64,000 nt of DNA from the human T2T-CHM13v2.0 reference genome, Homo sapiens (GCF_009914755.1 NC_060926.1); one strand, 5' to 3'; counted from the first letter of the stretch, positions 26,836 through 40,600 are shown. A program made the numbers and translations. The notes: generated by a model not told the origin, from the sequence alone.

Positions 26836-27644
26836 CTCAGGACACTTTGTAAGTAGAAAGCTGTAGTGTAATAATTTGCTTATGTTTTCCACTAGATCGT
26901 GATCTCTTGGAGGAGTTGCTATCAGATTATATTTCAATATCTCCTGGGATATTGCAATAAGTGTTTGTTGAACTGATTTAACATACTCCAAACTCAGGGT
27001 GTGGTGGCCTCTCAGTGTCCTTAGTGGCCTCCTCTGGCCCTGGGTTCAACTTTGGACCATTTCCTCCTATTTTCATCTTATTCTCCTGGCCACAGTGATG
27101 TACAGTCTCTGAAATTCAGACAATGGTGATGGTGGAGGATGAGGAGAAAGGGGGAAAAAAGGGGACACCTTACTAGTCTTATTACATACTGGTATAAAAA
27201 TATCAATTTGATTACTATTTCCTAAAAAGGGACTCTATAGTGAAGAACAATTGTGACTTGAAACACAACTGTAGCTCTGCTAATGGTTTCCAGAGCTGGT
27301 CATAGGCTCTTGGAGTTAGTGCGTCACTAAACTGGTATGTGTTTAGGAGTCTATATAGTTCAAGACCTTACTCTAAAGATTTCTTGTCAACAGGGTATGG
27401 CTTGTCAAAATGCTATTTTATTCGTTCCATCATTTCCATCCTATCTGACGAAAGACATTAGTATTTCAGTTTTCTGTGCAAATATGGAAACATCATCATC
27501 AATACCCCTTACACATATGCATCACTTTGTGGTTAACAAAACACTTTCTATGTCACCTGGAGCTACAAATAGCCTGGAAGAAGGCGGGGCACATTTACAG
27601 CATTTGACTCCTGGCAGCCCAGTGCAGGGAGGTGATCTACTCAC

Positions 27645-28059
27645 TGGTAAGTTTGGATGTTTGATCTCTCCAAATCTCACGCTGACATTTGATTCCCAGT
27701 GTTGGCAGTGGGGCCCGGTGGGAGGTGTTTGGGTCTTGAGGGTGGATCCCTTGTGAATGGCGTGGTACCTTCGTCGTGGTAATGAGTGAGTGTGCACTCT
27801 GTTTATTTCCCTGAGAACTGATTGTTGAAAAGACAGTCTGGCACCACTTCCTCTCTCACTCTTTTCCTTCCTCTCTTGCCATGGGATGCCTGCTCCCCTC
27901 TACCTTCTGTCGTGAGTAGAAGCTTCTTGAGGCCGTCATCAGAAGCAGATGCCAAGCTTCTTTTACAGCCTGCAGAACCATGAGCCAAATAAATCTCTTT
28001 TCTTTACAAATTACCCAGCCTCGGGTGTTTCTTTATGGAGACATAAATGGACTAAAACA
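27645..28059 (+). mobile_element. MSTB-like MaLR solo LTR
   Basis: tggtaagtttggatgttt...cagcctgcagaaccatgagccaaataaatctcttttc...atggactaaaaca. Confidence 0.88.
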
Positions 28060-31000
28060 CCCCAAATTACAAGCAAGCTAGAGCCTGTGTGGGTACTTGA
28101 GCCTGGACTCCCAGCTCATAGGCCAGGGCTCTGGGCCCCCAGACATATCCCATATCCTACTCCAACTGCCCCATGACCCGTGCCCTACCCATCAGCACAG
28201 ACTTCGTCCCAGGGCGGGGCAGTTGGGGCAGATCTCTAGGGTTTTTGCCTAATCCTGAAGTCATAAGAATTCTGTATCCTTTCCCTCTTGGAAACCTCCA
28301 GTCACAGAAATTTAGAACAGATGGGAGTTTTTCTAATTACTTTTCAAAAAACAAGGCCTAGTCCAATAGCAGTCCGATACACAGAAATGGTCAAATTATT
28401 TAAAACGCATTTGTAATTTTTTGATATTTCTTGCAAAAGGAATAATAGACTAAGACTTCCTTCAGTACCAGAAAAAAGGACATGATATATACAATTTCTG
28501 CCTGTGAAAGGGGTTGTTCTTATCCTCCATTAAGTTTTAGTCTACCTAAAGGAACAGTAACAAAACAAAATGGTTGCTGCAGATTCTCTCCAAGCTACGT
28601 TGCACCCCTTCCATGAGGGTGACTGACCTGGTGTGAGGGGTCTGACCCTGTGGTTCCCCGCTTCCCAGCTTGCAGTCTTTCCCACCCCTCCTCACCCTCA
28701 CTTTTGTTCTCCAGGCCCAGCACTCCACGGCCCAACAAGAAGCAGAAAGAAATGGCCAATGGCACCATCACACAAAGATGGGCTGCAATAACATTTCATT
28801 TTGGAGACTAAAAAATCCAAAATGGCAAAAAAGACAAAAGGTTAAATTTCTTTTAGCATTAGTGTGCGAATTATGAAATCCCTTCATTCCCTTATGGTTA
28901 ATTGCCTCCTGAAATGTCTGTTGTAACCACACTGTCCAAATAGATCTACCAAAGATGGAGGAAACCCGTACATAAACCATAAGCAAGTGCAAATATTAAA
29001 TATGGGTGCAGTGACGTAAAACATGTACTTTATAAATTAGTGTAATATTAATGGGAGAATAGAGTGATTAGATACACTTCATATGCTACATAAAGATATA
29101 TGTTTCAAAAGGAATAAAAAAAAATTCATAAAGATGTTTATGAAAGCGTTTCCACAAGAGCAAAAAGCTGGAAATGATTGATGTGGGCTGTCATTGGAGA
29201 AACACTAAGTTATAGCATACTGTAGCCATTAAAAAGAATAATTATGAGGACTTTTCAGACCATAATCTTCAGACCAAAAATGTTAATGACAGAGGTAAGT
29301 GCAAACAGTAGAATTCTAATTGGAACCTATGCTGTGATGGAATTTATGAAAAATCTTGTCTCCGTGTGATCTAGGAGCAGAAGTAAAATGTAAAAAAGAA
29401 AATAGCATGTTAGGATGGGGTTGGGGGGACAAAATAAATATACATTTATGTTTATATTTATATTTATATTCTAGTTTCTTGAGACTACTTGTCAATGTAC
29501 CCCCAAACAACAAACTACTTTTATTATCTATACTATGATCTTTGAATTATTTGAATATGAAATGTTAGATCTGATTCCTTAGGGTTTAATTAAAGTAAAA
29601 TGTATTAGCAAAAGAAAAAGGATGAAGATACTTATACATAAGAACAGAGAACAACATAATAAACAAATATTTGACCACTATCAAATCTGGGTATTTTGCT
29701 ACACTGGCTTTATATTTTAAAAAGAAGTAGAACTTTATAGATGTGACTAAAGCCCCTTGGGTCAAAAGAAAAGAGGAGTTTTTTGTTGATTTAATACCTT
29801 AGTTATTTTTGCTACATCACCTTTTTTTATTAACAATTTTCAGGAGGACAGGGGATGCAAGTTTTAAAAAGGCTCTGGCTTCTTAATTCAGATTACGGCT
29901 GTGTGTGTGCATGGCTCAGCACCTATATACTCTATCTCTCAGTGCGGACACTGAGAAAGTGCCTAAAACTAGCTGACCCTTTGCTTCCTCACCTGTAAAA
30001 TAAGGGAGAGGGATTATACATATCTCAGAAGATAAGGATCAAATGAATGGTGTTATCGAGTTTATACGAATTTCTAATGAGGAATAGGAATTAGCCAGGC
30101 AAGGCGGGGAGAAGCTTTCCAGGAATAAAGAACAGCTTTAACAAAAGCTCAGTGGTACAGCCTGGAGGAAACTGGTAATTGTTCTTGATGGCTGGGGTGT
30201 GAGCCTGGAGCATAGGGGAGGGACAAGGTCACACTGAGATTGTGAGTGTTGCTCCCCTTTAGGCAAGGAGCCTTGCCTACCTGTGTGTCTCCTGTGTCCG
30301 CAGCCCTTCCCTACATCCCAGGCCTTCGTGGTTCCTTTCTCTGGCCTCTCACAGCCCCAGCGAGTCTTCAGTGGAGACTCTAAAGAGCCTGCGGAGGTCA
30401 CCTGTGTCCCTGCCTGCCTCCTCCACCAGATGATGGCTCTTTGATTAATACCTGTCCCCTGTGCCTTTCATGGTGGAGGCCTCGGCCAATGACTGATCAA
30501 TAATAAATGAGTGAGGGGAAGGAGGGTGAGGGCTCCTACAGGCGCCGCTCCTCAGACCTCACACAGAAATCAGCCTGCTCCCTGATCCAGCAGGAAGGAG
30601 GAGGATTCTGAGTACTTCTCTGAACATCACCCCGATGCCCCATTGGAATCTGCTCTAAGAAGGGATCCTGGAAGAGAACACCCAGCTGCTTCTTCAGAGT
30701 CAGGTCATTTCCCTCCCTGAGTCCCAGCCCAGCTCACCTTATACCTCTCCCTGCCCCGCGGCACCTCTCCTGAGACTGAAGCCTGGGAGGTCAGTCTTCG
30801 TGATGTCTCTCTATCGAAAGTGTAGGTTCCTCTGGGATTCAGAAAAGCCACCAAATGAATGGAGACTTCCCTGTCTCCAATGCCAACCAGAACCTGTCCA
30901 CCAGGTAAGATGCTGTGGGTCAGGAGACAGAATGCTAAGCCCCAGCTTCACATCAGAGAGGCCATTGTTTCCGTGGGTAATGGACGGAGAATAGAGAACC

Positions 31001-31200
31001 GTGTAGTTTCCATCTGGTCCAGTTATCAATTGCTGCATAACCAACGACCCCAAAACTTAGTGGCTTAACACAACGCAATCATTAATTTTGCTCATAAATT
31101 GATAATTTGGATGGTGCTCAGTGGGGACAGTTCATCTTTGTGCCATAGGGCATCAGCTGTATCTGCTTGGCTGAAACATGCCCTTAAGATTCTTAGAGGA

Positions 31201-31519
<319 letters not shown>

Positions 31520-31613
31520 TTATATTTGGCCAGAGTTCCTTTCTTACTTTGAGAATTGTTTGTATCTGGAAAGACTTGGAAATGAAAACAATTGACTTTA
31601 CTTTTACTTTTAA

Positions 31614-31825
31614 TTTTTTTTTTTAAGAGATGAGGTCTTGCTCTGTTGCCCACACTGGAATACAGTTGCATGACCACAGCTCATTGCAGCCTTGAACTCC
31701 TGGGCTCAAATGATCCTCCTGCCTCAGCCTCCCAAGTAGCTGGGATTATAAGTGTGAGCTGCTATTCCTAGCTATTTTAAACTTTGTTTGGAGTTGGGGT
31801 CTTGCTATGTTGCCCAACCTAGAAC
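31614..31825 (-). mobile_element. AluJ-like partial
   Basis: cagctcattgcagccttgaactcctgggctcaaatgatcctcc. Confidence 0.85.
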
Positions 31826-32725
31826 ATTTAATTTTTGAGCCCAGCTGTTCCGGGTTCTTGAGCTCATCTCCCTCCTCTCACATTTTATCATAGGTAGTAA
31901 GAAGTCAGGAGGCACTTTCAATATCTGCCTGGAATCTCAGCTAGATCATCAAGATTATTAGATACCTTCCTATTTTCCATGTTACTGCAGGCTACAGTGT
32001 TGCTAAACTTTCTGCCACTACATGGCAAGGATCCCCTTGACTTTAAGATTTCTATAATATTTCCAAGATTTTCCTGAATGCCCTCATTGACAATCTTCTC
32101 AAGGCCCTTAAGGTTTTCACTAACATTTTCTTTGTGGCTGTTAGGCTGTGTGGTCCCAAAGCCAATGTCTACATTGTAGGACTCTATTATGATAGCACCT
32201 GACTTCAGGTACATATATCTGTTGTAGTTACCTGTTGCTGCATAACAATTCAACCCAAAACTTGGTAGCTTAAAACAACAATGATTGGTAATTTTACTCA
32301 TCTGTCTGTATTTTGGACAGGTTTCAGCAGGGTCAGCTCATATTTTTGATGTATGACATAAACTGGGGTGGCTCAACTGGGGCTGGAGCATCCTGGAGAG
32401 GGCTTATGTACATGCCAACATTTTGGTGCCGATGGTTCCTTCCTCTCTACATAGGCCTGTCCATGGGGCTGACTGGGCTTCCTCACTGCATGGAGCCTGG
32501 GTTTAAAGAACAAGCACAAGCATCCCGTGAGACTACAATTGGAAGCTACCAGTTACTATTGGTCAAGTAGTCACAGAATGAGACTCAGGAGTAGAAACAT
32601 AGGTCCTATGTCACATTTGAAGAAGAACATGTGGGGTGGAATGTATTGGGATCAACTTTGAAAAATACAATCTGCCACAAAATTCTTGCTCTTAGAGGTT
32701 TAGATTGTTGTTTAAAGCCACTTGG

Positions 32726-32777
32726 GGCCAGGCACAGTGGCTCACATCTGTAGTCCCAGCCCTTTGGGAGGCCGAAG
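32726..32777 (+). mobile_element. Alu 5' head only (52 bp)
   Basis: ggccaggcacagtggctcac...tttgggaggccgaag, then an abrupt switch to MLT1-like sequence. Confidence 0.85.
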
Positions 32778-32890
32778 AAAACCCAGCCATGCTGTGTCTA
32801 GACTTCTGATCTCTAAAACTGAAGATAATAAATGGACATCATTTTAAGCTGCTAAATTTGTGTTAATTTGTTACATAGTAATAGATAACT

Positions 32891-33285
32891 CTGTTAGCTT
32901 CCCAGGGCTGCCATAACAAAATACCAGAAACTTGGTGGCTTTAAGCAATGGAAACTTACTCTTTTACAGTCCTAGACACCAGAAGTCCAAAATCAACTTG
33001 TCAGCAAGGTCCAGGGAAGAATCCTCCCTTTTCTTTCCCGGTTTCTGGTGGCTCCAGGCATTCCTTGTTTTTACATGGTCTTCTCTTCCTCTTATATCTG
33101 TGTCTCATCCTCTTCTGACTCCTATAAGGACACTTGCCATCAGATTTAGGGTCCACCCAGCTAATCCACAGTGATGTCCTCATCTGAAGATCTTAATTAC
33201 CTCTGCAAAGACCCTTACATGGAATAAGTTCACATTTACAGAGTCTGGTTATTAGGATGTGAACATATCTTTTTGGAGCCACTGG
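32891..33285 (-). mobile_element. MLT1B/C-like LTR
   Basis: cagggctgccataacaaaatacca...tataaggacacttgccatcagatttagggtccaccc. Confidence 0.8.
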
Positions 33286-35334
33286 GAGATAAAGATTCTT
33301 AAAAACAGGAGAATGGGCTGGATGGGGTGGGGAGGGGATGGGGTGGGGAAGGTGGGCTTCAAAGTTGGATTCTTGAAGCTGAGCGCTTAGATTAGGTGGC
33401 AGTAAATGCAGGAACAAGCAAAGAGTGGGGAGGGACGGCAAGTGTCCTGCACGATGGACTTAGAACCTGGCCTGACTTTAGGAGAAGCAGGTATGTGTGC
33501 ATGTGGGTCAGGCTGGCCACGGGCCCGGGAGTTGGGGAGGAGGGATGTCCACATGAGTGCACTCTTGCTGAATGGAAGACAGCACCAAGCCTAGCATAGG
33601 TGAATATCCTTTCTTGCATATTTCACAAGACCTAGGCCTGAGCTTACTGGGAACATCTCTCTGTAGCCACCAATGATCATCTCATGACCCTCTCCAAGAG
33701 AAACACCCAGGCACTAATCCGAGGGTTTGCATATATTGTGTTGGTTAACATTTTCCTAAGTCCACAAGGTAGGAATTATCATCAGCATTTTACTCAGAAG
33801 TGTTTGCTGAGTTTCAGAGCAGTGAAGTGACCTGCCTGCGGCTGTTCCCCCATCAGCTGGTCAAGCTGGGGTGTGAACCCTGCCTGTACAAGTTCAAAGC
33901 CTCTGTTTTCTTCACTCCAAGGAGGAATATAGAATTGGTTGGAGTTTTGAGGCTTTGAGGCTTTTGAGGCTTTTCCAGCTTTGAAAGTCTATGAGAGTCT
34001 CAGGAATATGAGGCTGGGTCTTAAAAAAAAATGTTTTCAAATACTCAGCTGAGTATCTTAGGATCTGAGAAAAGGAGGCTACGCTATTTCTTTAAAAATG
34101 AAGAAATCCTTTAAAGGCTATATTCATTATAGTTTTTCCTCTTGAAGCTTTTCAATCTCAAATTCAAAGCAGAATGTTAACAATAAACTCTGACTTTCTA
34201 GAAATCAATTGCAATCTCCTTTTTGTTACTTTAATTGTACCACTTTGTAATTATTGAGGCTTTTTAAAAAATGAGCATGTCTAACTTCTCTCACACTCCA
34301 GTTCGGATTCTTCTTTTGAGAAGAAAAAAATGCATCCTCAACAGGTGCTTTTGGCTAAAATCACAATGAACCAAGAAGGGAATGAGCGTGATGAATGGAG
34401 CTCCTGGCTGCAAATGCACGAGGGTGTCTGTCCTCGTGCTGGGATGCACTCTTGGGGTGCCAGCACAGAGCACCAGAAACCGGTACCCAGGGAGCCCAGT
34501 ATCATTTGGCTTTGTCTCTTTTGTCTCTTTATTCTTTGTGTCTCATTTGTTGTTCTGTACTTTGAGCAATTCTGTATTCAGAAATGGCTATGTTGAACTA
34601 TTTTTGGTCTTTGGAAAAAAATACACCCCTCATAACGAGGAACTTTGCTTTTGGGGACCTGAGAAGCCTTGATAAGCCAGAGCTTGCATTCCTGTGCCAG
34701 GTGTTGAGATGACATCTGTTCCTTCCGCAGAGACTTATCTGCTGTAACCCAGCCCCAGGTCCTCTTCTCAGCATCAGACACAGTGGGAACAAGCCCTGCC
34801 AGCTTTCTGCCCTCTCAGAGCACACCTTCTAATAGAACAGAGAGAGCAAACTCACCAGATTACAGCTCTGTGTCACTGTGTCACTTGCTCCTCTGATTCT
34901 CGCAGTCCACAATTGCAGACCCCCTAGAAGTACGGAGCTTACAAAGGGCAGGGCACAGAGGCTGGCAGAGAACCTCCTCGGGGCCAGCCTTGCTCCCTTA
35001 CCCTCTCAGCAATACCAGGTGGTAGGTGCCATCGCCATTCTGGAGATGGGCAAACCGGGGCTCAGAGCAGTGAGACCATTTGAGGAAGTCAGGGAGCCAG
35101 CCCAGGGTGGGGCTCCTCACTCGGGGGCAGGCATTCCTCAAACACTTTCTGCTTCCTATGCTCTGAAGTCTCCCTCCCAGCCTCGGTGGAGGAGGGCAGA
35201 GGCAGGCACGCTCACATTTCCTAGCCTTCCGCTCGTCTCTCAAGGCCAATCCTTTCTTGAATTGCTGGTTCCTTTGGGGCCAAATATGCACTTTCTTCTT
35301 TAGGACGGGGGATGCTCCCGTCCAGGACTCCTCA

Positions 35335-36138
<804 letters not shown>

Positions 36139-36284
36139 AAGAGTGACCAGCCTGTGCTTCCTCAGCCTCTCCCATGGTCCCCTCCTCCGCTGGCCCCATC
36201 TGAGGAATGTGTGCTGCCCAGGGCTGAAGGGCCAGGTGCTCCGAGCCAGGCTCTGACAAGGGCTGTTGGCAGAAAAGGTTTTCT

Positions 36285-36480
36285 AAAATGGCTTCTATAG
36301 CAACCAAAGAGCGGAGAGAGGCAGCAGCCTGGCTCCTGGTTGGCTTAGGGATCGCGGGCTGTACGGAAGGCGGCAGCAGCTCTGCGCCTGCGCAGTGAGG
36401 GGAGCGTGCTAGAACAGGAGGGTGGTTTGGGAGGGCTCTGCACTTCCTCGTCCCCCACCTCGCGTTTGAGGAACGCGAGG
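36285..36480. promoter_or_regulatory. Candidate promoter with RFX X-box, NRF1 and ETS motifs
   Basis: GCTTCTATAGCAAC 36291-36304; TGCGCCTGCGCA 36383-36394; CGGAAG ~36364; local CpG cluster; donor-like GAG|GTGAGA at 36479/36480. Confidence 0.6.
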
Positions 36481-36555
36481 TGAGAGTAGAAAGGAAGGCA
36501 CCTGGCCTGCAGCCTGCCTCCTTTCTTCCACAACCTTGGCTTTATCTCCCACCAG

Positions 36556-36650
36556 GAGGGGACCTCATGGAACATTCCGGCTTGCTAGTCCAAGCTCCGT
36601 CCGTTCTGACCCCCAAACAGTCATCTCTTTGCCACGCCTTGGACCTAGGA
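36556..36650 (+). other. Candidate internal exon of an unidentified, probably non-coding transcript
   Basis: Acceptor tttatctcccaccAG| and donor GGA|GTGAGT. Confidence 0.35.
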
Positions 36651-37274
36651 GTGAGTACCCCGTGACCCAATCAGCCATTAGGAGCATAGACCCTGGAAGC
36701 AAGCTCTGAGGTATTTGGGCGGCAGGGCATTCCTGGGTCCTGGGTTTATGGAGCACGATCCAGGGACTGGGGAGGGACATAGGCTCGGGGTGGCACATTT
36801 CCTTGGCCCAGCAGGTTCTGCTCTCTGTAGGGAGGAGCGCTGCTGCAGGGAGACCCGGCGGGACCTCCAGATCTCCAGGGAGGGCAGGGCCTGGTTGCCT
36901 GGGTCTACGCATGGTACTGTTTATAATCTGGATCCCATCTCTGTGTTGAGCAGCAGCTTCAGGCTGGAGTTTGGAATGTGGGACTCTCAATCTTATGACA
37001 CTAGATGCCTTCCAGTGTGGGTGGCATTCCAGGGGTCCTGCTGATGACTCCCCAAGAAGTAGTAATTGAGACAGCAGCCATTGCTGGGGGTCTCTCCCCG
37101 TCCCCCTTGTCATCTTCCTGGTGGTCCTCGCTCTGAGTGTGCCATTTAGAGTGACCTTGGGCAGGTCGTGAAACCTCCCTCAGCCTCAGTTTCCTAGATT
37201 GCCCCAGCCTGCCCTGGCTCTGGCTTCCTTCTCCCATCACTCTGGGGCGTATCTGGCTTTGTGCTAGAGAGGCA

Positions 37275-37325
37275 GCAGGCTTGGGAGAGCCGCAGGCTTG
37301 GAAGGGCCGCAGGCTTGGGAGGGCG
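37275..37325. repeat. 17-bp minisatellite x3
   Basis: gcaggcttgg at 37275, 37292 and 37309. Confidence 0.85.
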
Positions 37326-38658
37326 GCCGACTAGACAGTTGGTTTCATTCACTAGATTGTCTTCACAGCCCAGTGCCTGTGCAGGATAAGTGCTGGCCTC
37401 CTTGGAGGTAGGAACCACTTGTGACTCACATCTTCATGCTTAGTGTGCATGGGGGAAGCTCAGTGAATTTTGTGACGTGAGAGAATGAGGGAAAAGAGCT
37501 CCTAGATGGAGCCCAGCCTGAGCAGTGTCCACAGGCCATGTTGGGACAGAAAGTGGGACAAATGTTGGAAAGCTATGCCCTTACCAGTTTTTATCCCTTG
37601 GTACAAGGCTAAGGGGTAAATACTTGTGGTATTCCAAAGGAAGCTCCAAGTCACGTAGAACTGCCAGGCCAGGGGTCTGGCAACAGTGTGGGCAAGCAGG
37701 CCTTCCAGAGTTGGGTAATGCGAGGGTGGGTGGAGTTTGAGAGGCGCAGATGATGATGATGAAAACAATTGCGGCAAACTGGCATTCCCATTTAGGGCAC
37801 TCCCCAGGCCCGAAAGGACTGCTCTTCATTGGCACCCAGGCCCTGCTGGTGATGCTGAGGGCTCGCTCCCCTCTGCCACCTTGCAGAGGTGGGCACATTG
37901 AACTGATGGCATTTCTTAGGAAAGTCATTTATTCAAGCCCAGGAGAGTGCCCTAGGCAAGCGATCTCCAGGATTCTCAGTCGGTTTACATACAGGTGTGT
38001 TCCCATGTGAGCTCTTCCAGGTCTTTGATTGAGAGGAGGAGAAGCCCACGGTTGACTTGGTGAAAGCAAGGGTGTTAGGGTTGCCTGAAGTGCGTGAGTC
38101 GGACACCAGCGCTGCTCCCTGCTAGCTGGGCCACCTTGATGAAAGGACTGGCCTCTGAGGAATCGTCGTACCTTCTCTGTGGCTTATTGGGAGGATTAGA
38201 CAATAACGCAACGTCATGCCATTGGAAAGTGTCTGGCAGCTGTGATATTTAGCTTCACTGAAGGCCACCAAGTCATATAAAGGTGGATCCTAGGGAAGCC
38301 ATGTCCCCATATGACCTCTCTCTGTGCTTTGCAGAAGACAGGGACAGCCAGCTGGCCTGAATTTTGGGGATGACCCTTCTGTCCTCCAAAATACTGCCTC
38401 CTGGAGCCCAGAGTTTATAGTTCCCGGGGCCCTGCTTCTTGCCAGCATCTTGTTTCATTTTCACACCCTGCCTTTGAGGTCACTGACATCTCCACGGTGT
38501 TGACAGAGGGCAAAGAGAGCCCCGAGACACATCCCCGGTAGCCCAGGAGGTCGAGTTGGAGCTGGAACCCACATCTCCGGTTTCTGGGGTCTTCTTACTC
38601 TACAGTGGCACTCACTTAGGAAACAGCGCGTCACATTTTTCAGTTAAAATGGTGTTTT

Positions 38659-38780
38659 GATGGGCATGATCGCTTAAGCCTGTAATTGTAGCTACTTGGG
38701 AAGCTGAGATAAGAGAATTTCTTGAGCCCAGGATTTTGAGATCAGCCTGGGCAACATAGCAAGATCCTGTCTCAAAAAAG
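38659..38780 (+). mobile_element. FLAM-type Alu monomer
   Basis: Single monomer ending gcctgggcaacatagcaagatcctgtctcaaaaaa. Confidence 0.85.
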
Positions 38781-39088
38781 GGGCGGGGGGCTTTTGAGTT
38801 CCTGTTGTCCCACTTATCCATTAATTGGTCCACGGCTTTCTGGCCTTTCACTGCGTGGAAACCATAGTTGGGCCCTGGCTTGGTGCTGAGGTAAATAAAA
38901 CAAAATAGAAGAGAAAGACTGACAAAACCTCCAAGGGGAGGAGAAGGTAGTGTGCAGTGCTGGGACTGGAGGGAGTGAGTGAATGGTCCAAGCTCACAAA
39001 TAACAAAGTTAGAACCTAAAGCCACATTGACCTCATCCCTAAACTAGTGCTCCTAAGTCTGCAGCTCCTATTCAAAGACTCAGGCTTA

Positions 39089-39156
39089 ACCCGGGAGGCA
39101 GAGGTTGCCACTGCACTCCAGCCTGGAGACAGAGCGAGATTCTGTCTGAAAATAAG

Positions 39157-39186
<30 letters not shown>
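39089..39186 (+). mobile_element. Heavily 5'-truncated Alu with (TAAA)n tail
   Basis: Right-arm 3' end only; 15-bp TSD aaagactcaggctta. Confidence 0.9.
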
Positions 39187-39187
<1 letters not shown>

Positions 39188-39201
39188 AAGACTCAGGCTT
39201 A

Positions 39202-39686
39202 CAAGAAGATATGGAGGAACCTTAAATTCCCAGCAGTAAGTGAAAGATGCCAATCTGAAAAGCCTACTTATTCTATGATTCTAACTATATGACCATCTGC
39301 AAAAGACAAAACGATAGCGATAGTAACAAGGTCAGTGGCTGCTAGGGGTTGAGGGAAGGAGGATAAATAGGCAGAGCACAGAGGATTCTTAGGGCAGCAA
39401 AACTATTCTGTGTGATCCTACAATGGTGGCTCCATGGCATTCTACATCTGTACAAATCTATAGAATGTACATTACCAACAGTGAACCCTAATGTAAACGA
39501 TGGACATCAGGTGATGATGTGTCAATATACGCTTCATTGATTTTACAGTCATACTCTGGTGCAGGATATTGATAGTGGGTGGTTGTGAGTATGAATATGT
39601 GGGAACGGGGTGTATATGGGAATTCTCTTTACTTTCTGCTCAGTTTTGCTGTGAACCTAAAACTACTGCAAAAAAATAAAAAATAG
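39202..39686 (+). mobile_element. L1MC1-like 3' end
   Basis: ggaggaaccttaaat...gtgaaccctaatgtaaac...cagttttgctgtgaacctaaaact. Confidence 0.88.
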
Positions 39687-40249
39687 AAAAGACTCAGACT
39701 TTAATTACGGAAGAGAAGCTTTCCCTTACCCCAGCTTGGCAGATTCTGCTGAGGGGCCGGGGTCTCCTTGGAGAGGCAGCCTTGGACAGCTGTGGGTCCC
39801 CGCTCCCCACCCCAGTCTCAGGCCGCGCCCGGGCTGGCTGTGTGGAGAGACGTCTGTTGTGGATCCCCCACACTACTTTCGCTTGCTATAAAGCAACACT
39901 GGGAGTGAATTTAGTGGTTGTGAAATTTAAAAAGGCAAGTGCAGAGCTGGGAGGCATTTCCTTAAGCACAAAGTAATGAAGTGGCCCGCCGGCCGCCCAG
40001 CACGCGCACATGGTTAGGGTTAGCAGCAGCTGCAAAGCCACTCTGCAGCCCCCAGGGGCTCCTCCCAGCGAGGGAGAGCCCCTCCCTTAAGGAAACCCTA
40101 ACACAGGCCTGAGGACTCCTTTCACACACAGTGCTTAGGAAATTGAGTAGCACCAGACAGCGTCCCTTATTGAAAGTAAATGCCCCCTGCTCTCATTCTT
40201 TCAATGATTCAGTTACGTCTTCATGTATTAATCAGTAGAGTTGCTCTTC

Positions 40250-40600
40250 ATTCATTTCTCGCCTATTTACTGAGGACCCATCATAGGGCAAGGACCGGGC
40301 ATGGTGCTGAGCACACTCAAATGAATAAAACACTCCTGGTTGGAGGAACTCACACACTTGTGCAGAGACAGTCACGGAAACAAAAAATTGCAGGTCAGCA
40401 AAATACATGCCATTATGTAAGTATGCGCCCAATAGTGGGGCCCAGCTGAAGGACTGACCAGTACTGCCTGGGAGGGTCACGGCTGGTTTCAAAGAAGAAG
40501 TGAGCTTGAGGAACGGGCAGGCACAGATGCAGGGCTGGACATGGACAGGTCAGTGTGGCTGAGAGATAGAGGTGGGGCAGGAAGGTGAGTAGGTGGCCCT
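40250..40600 (-). mobile_element. L2 relic
   Basis: ttcattcattt...tatttactgaggaccca...ggaggaactcaca. Confidence 0.6.

Noticed and set aside
25507-26991. Long Gly/Arg/Pro-rich ORFs of 130-172 aa
   Set aside because: They are translations of the SVA VNTR, Alu-like domain and hexamer tract.
31918-32301. 127-aa ORF with protein-like composition
   Set aside because: It spans an LTR/internal junction; the MaLR-like motif is split by a frameshift and a stop.
40013-40023. TTAGGGTTAG telomere-like motif
   Set aside because: Fewer than two units; expected by chance.
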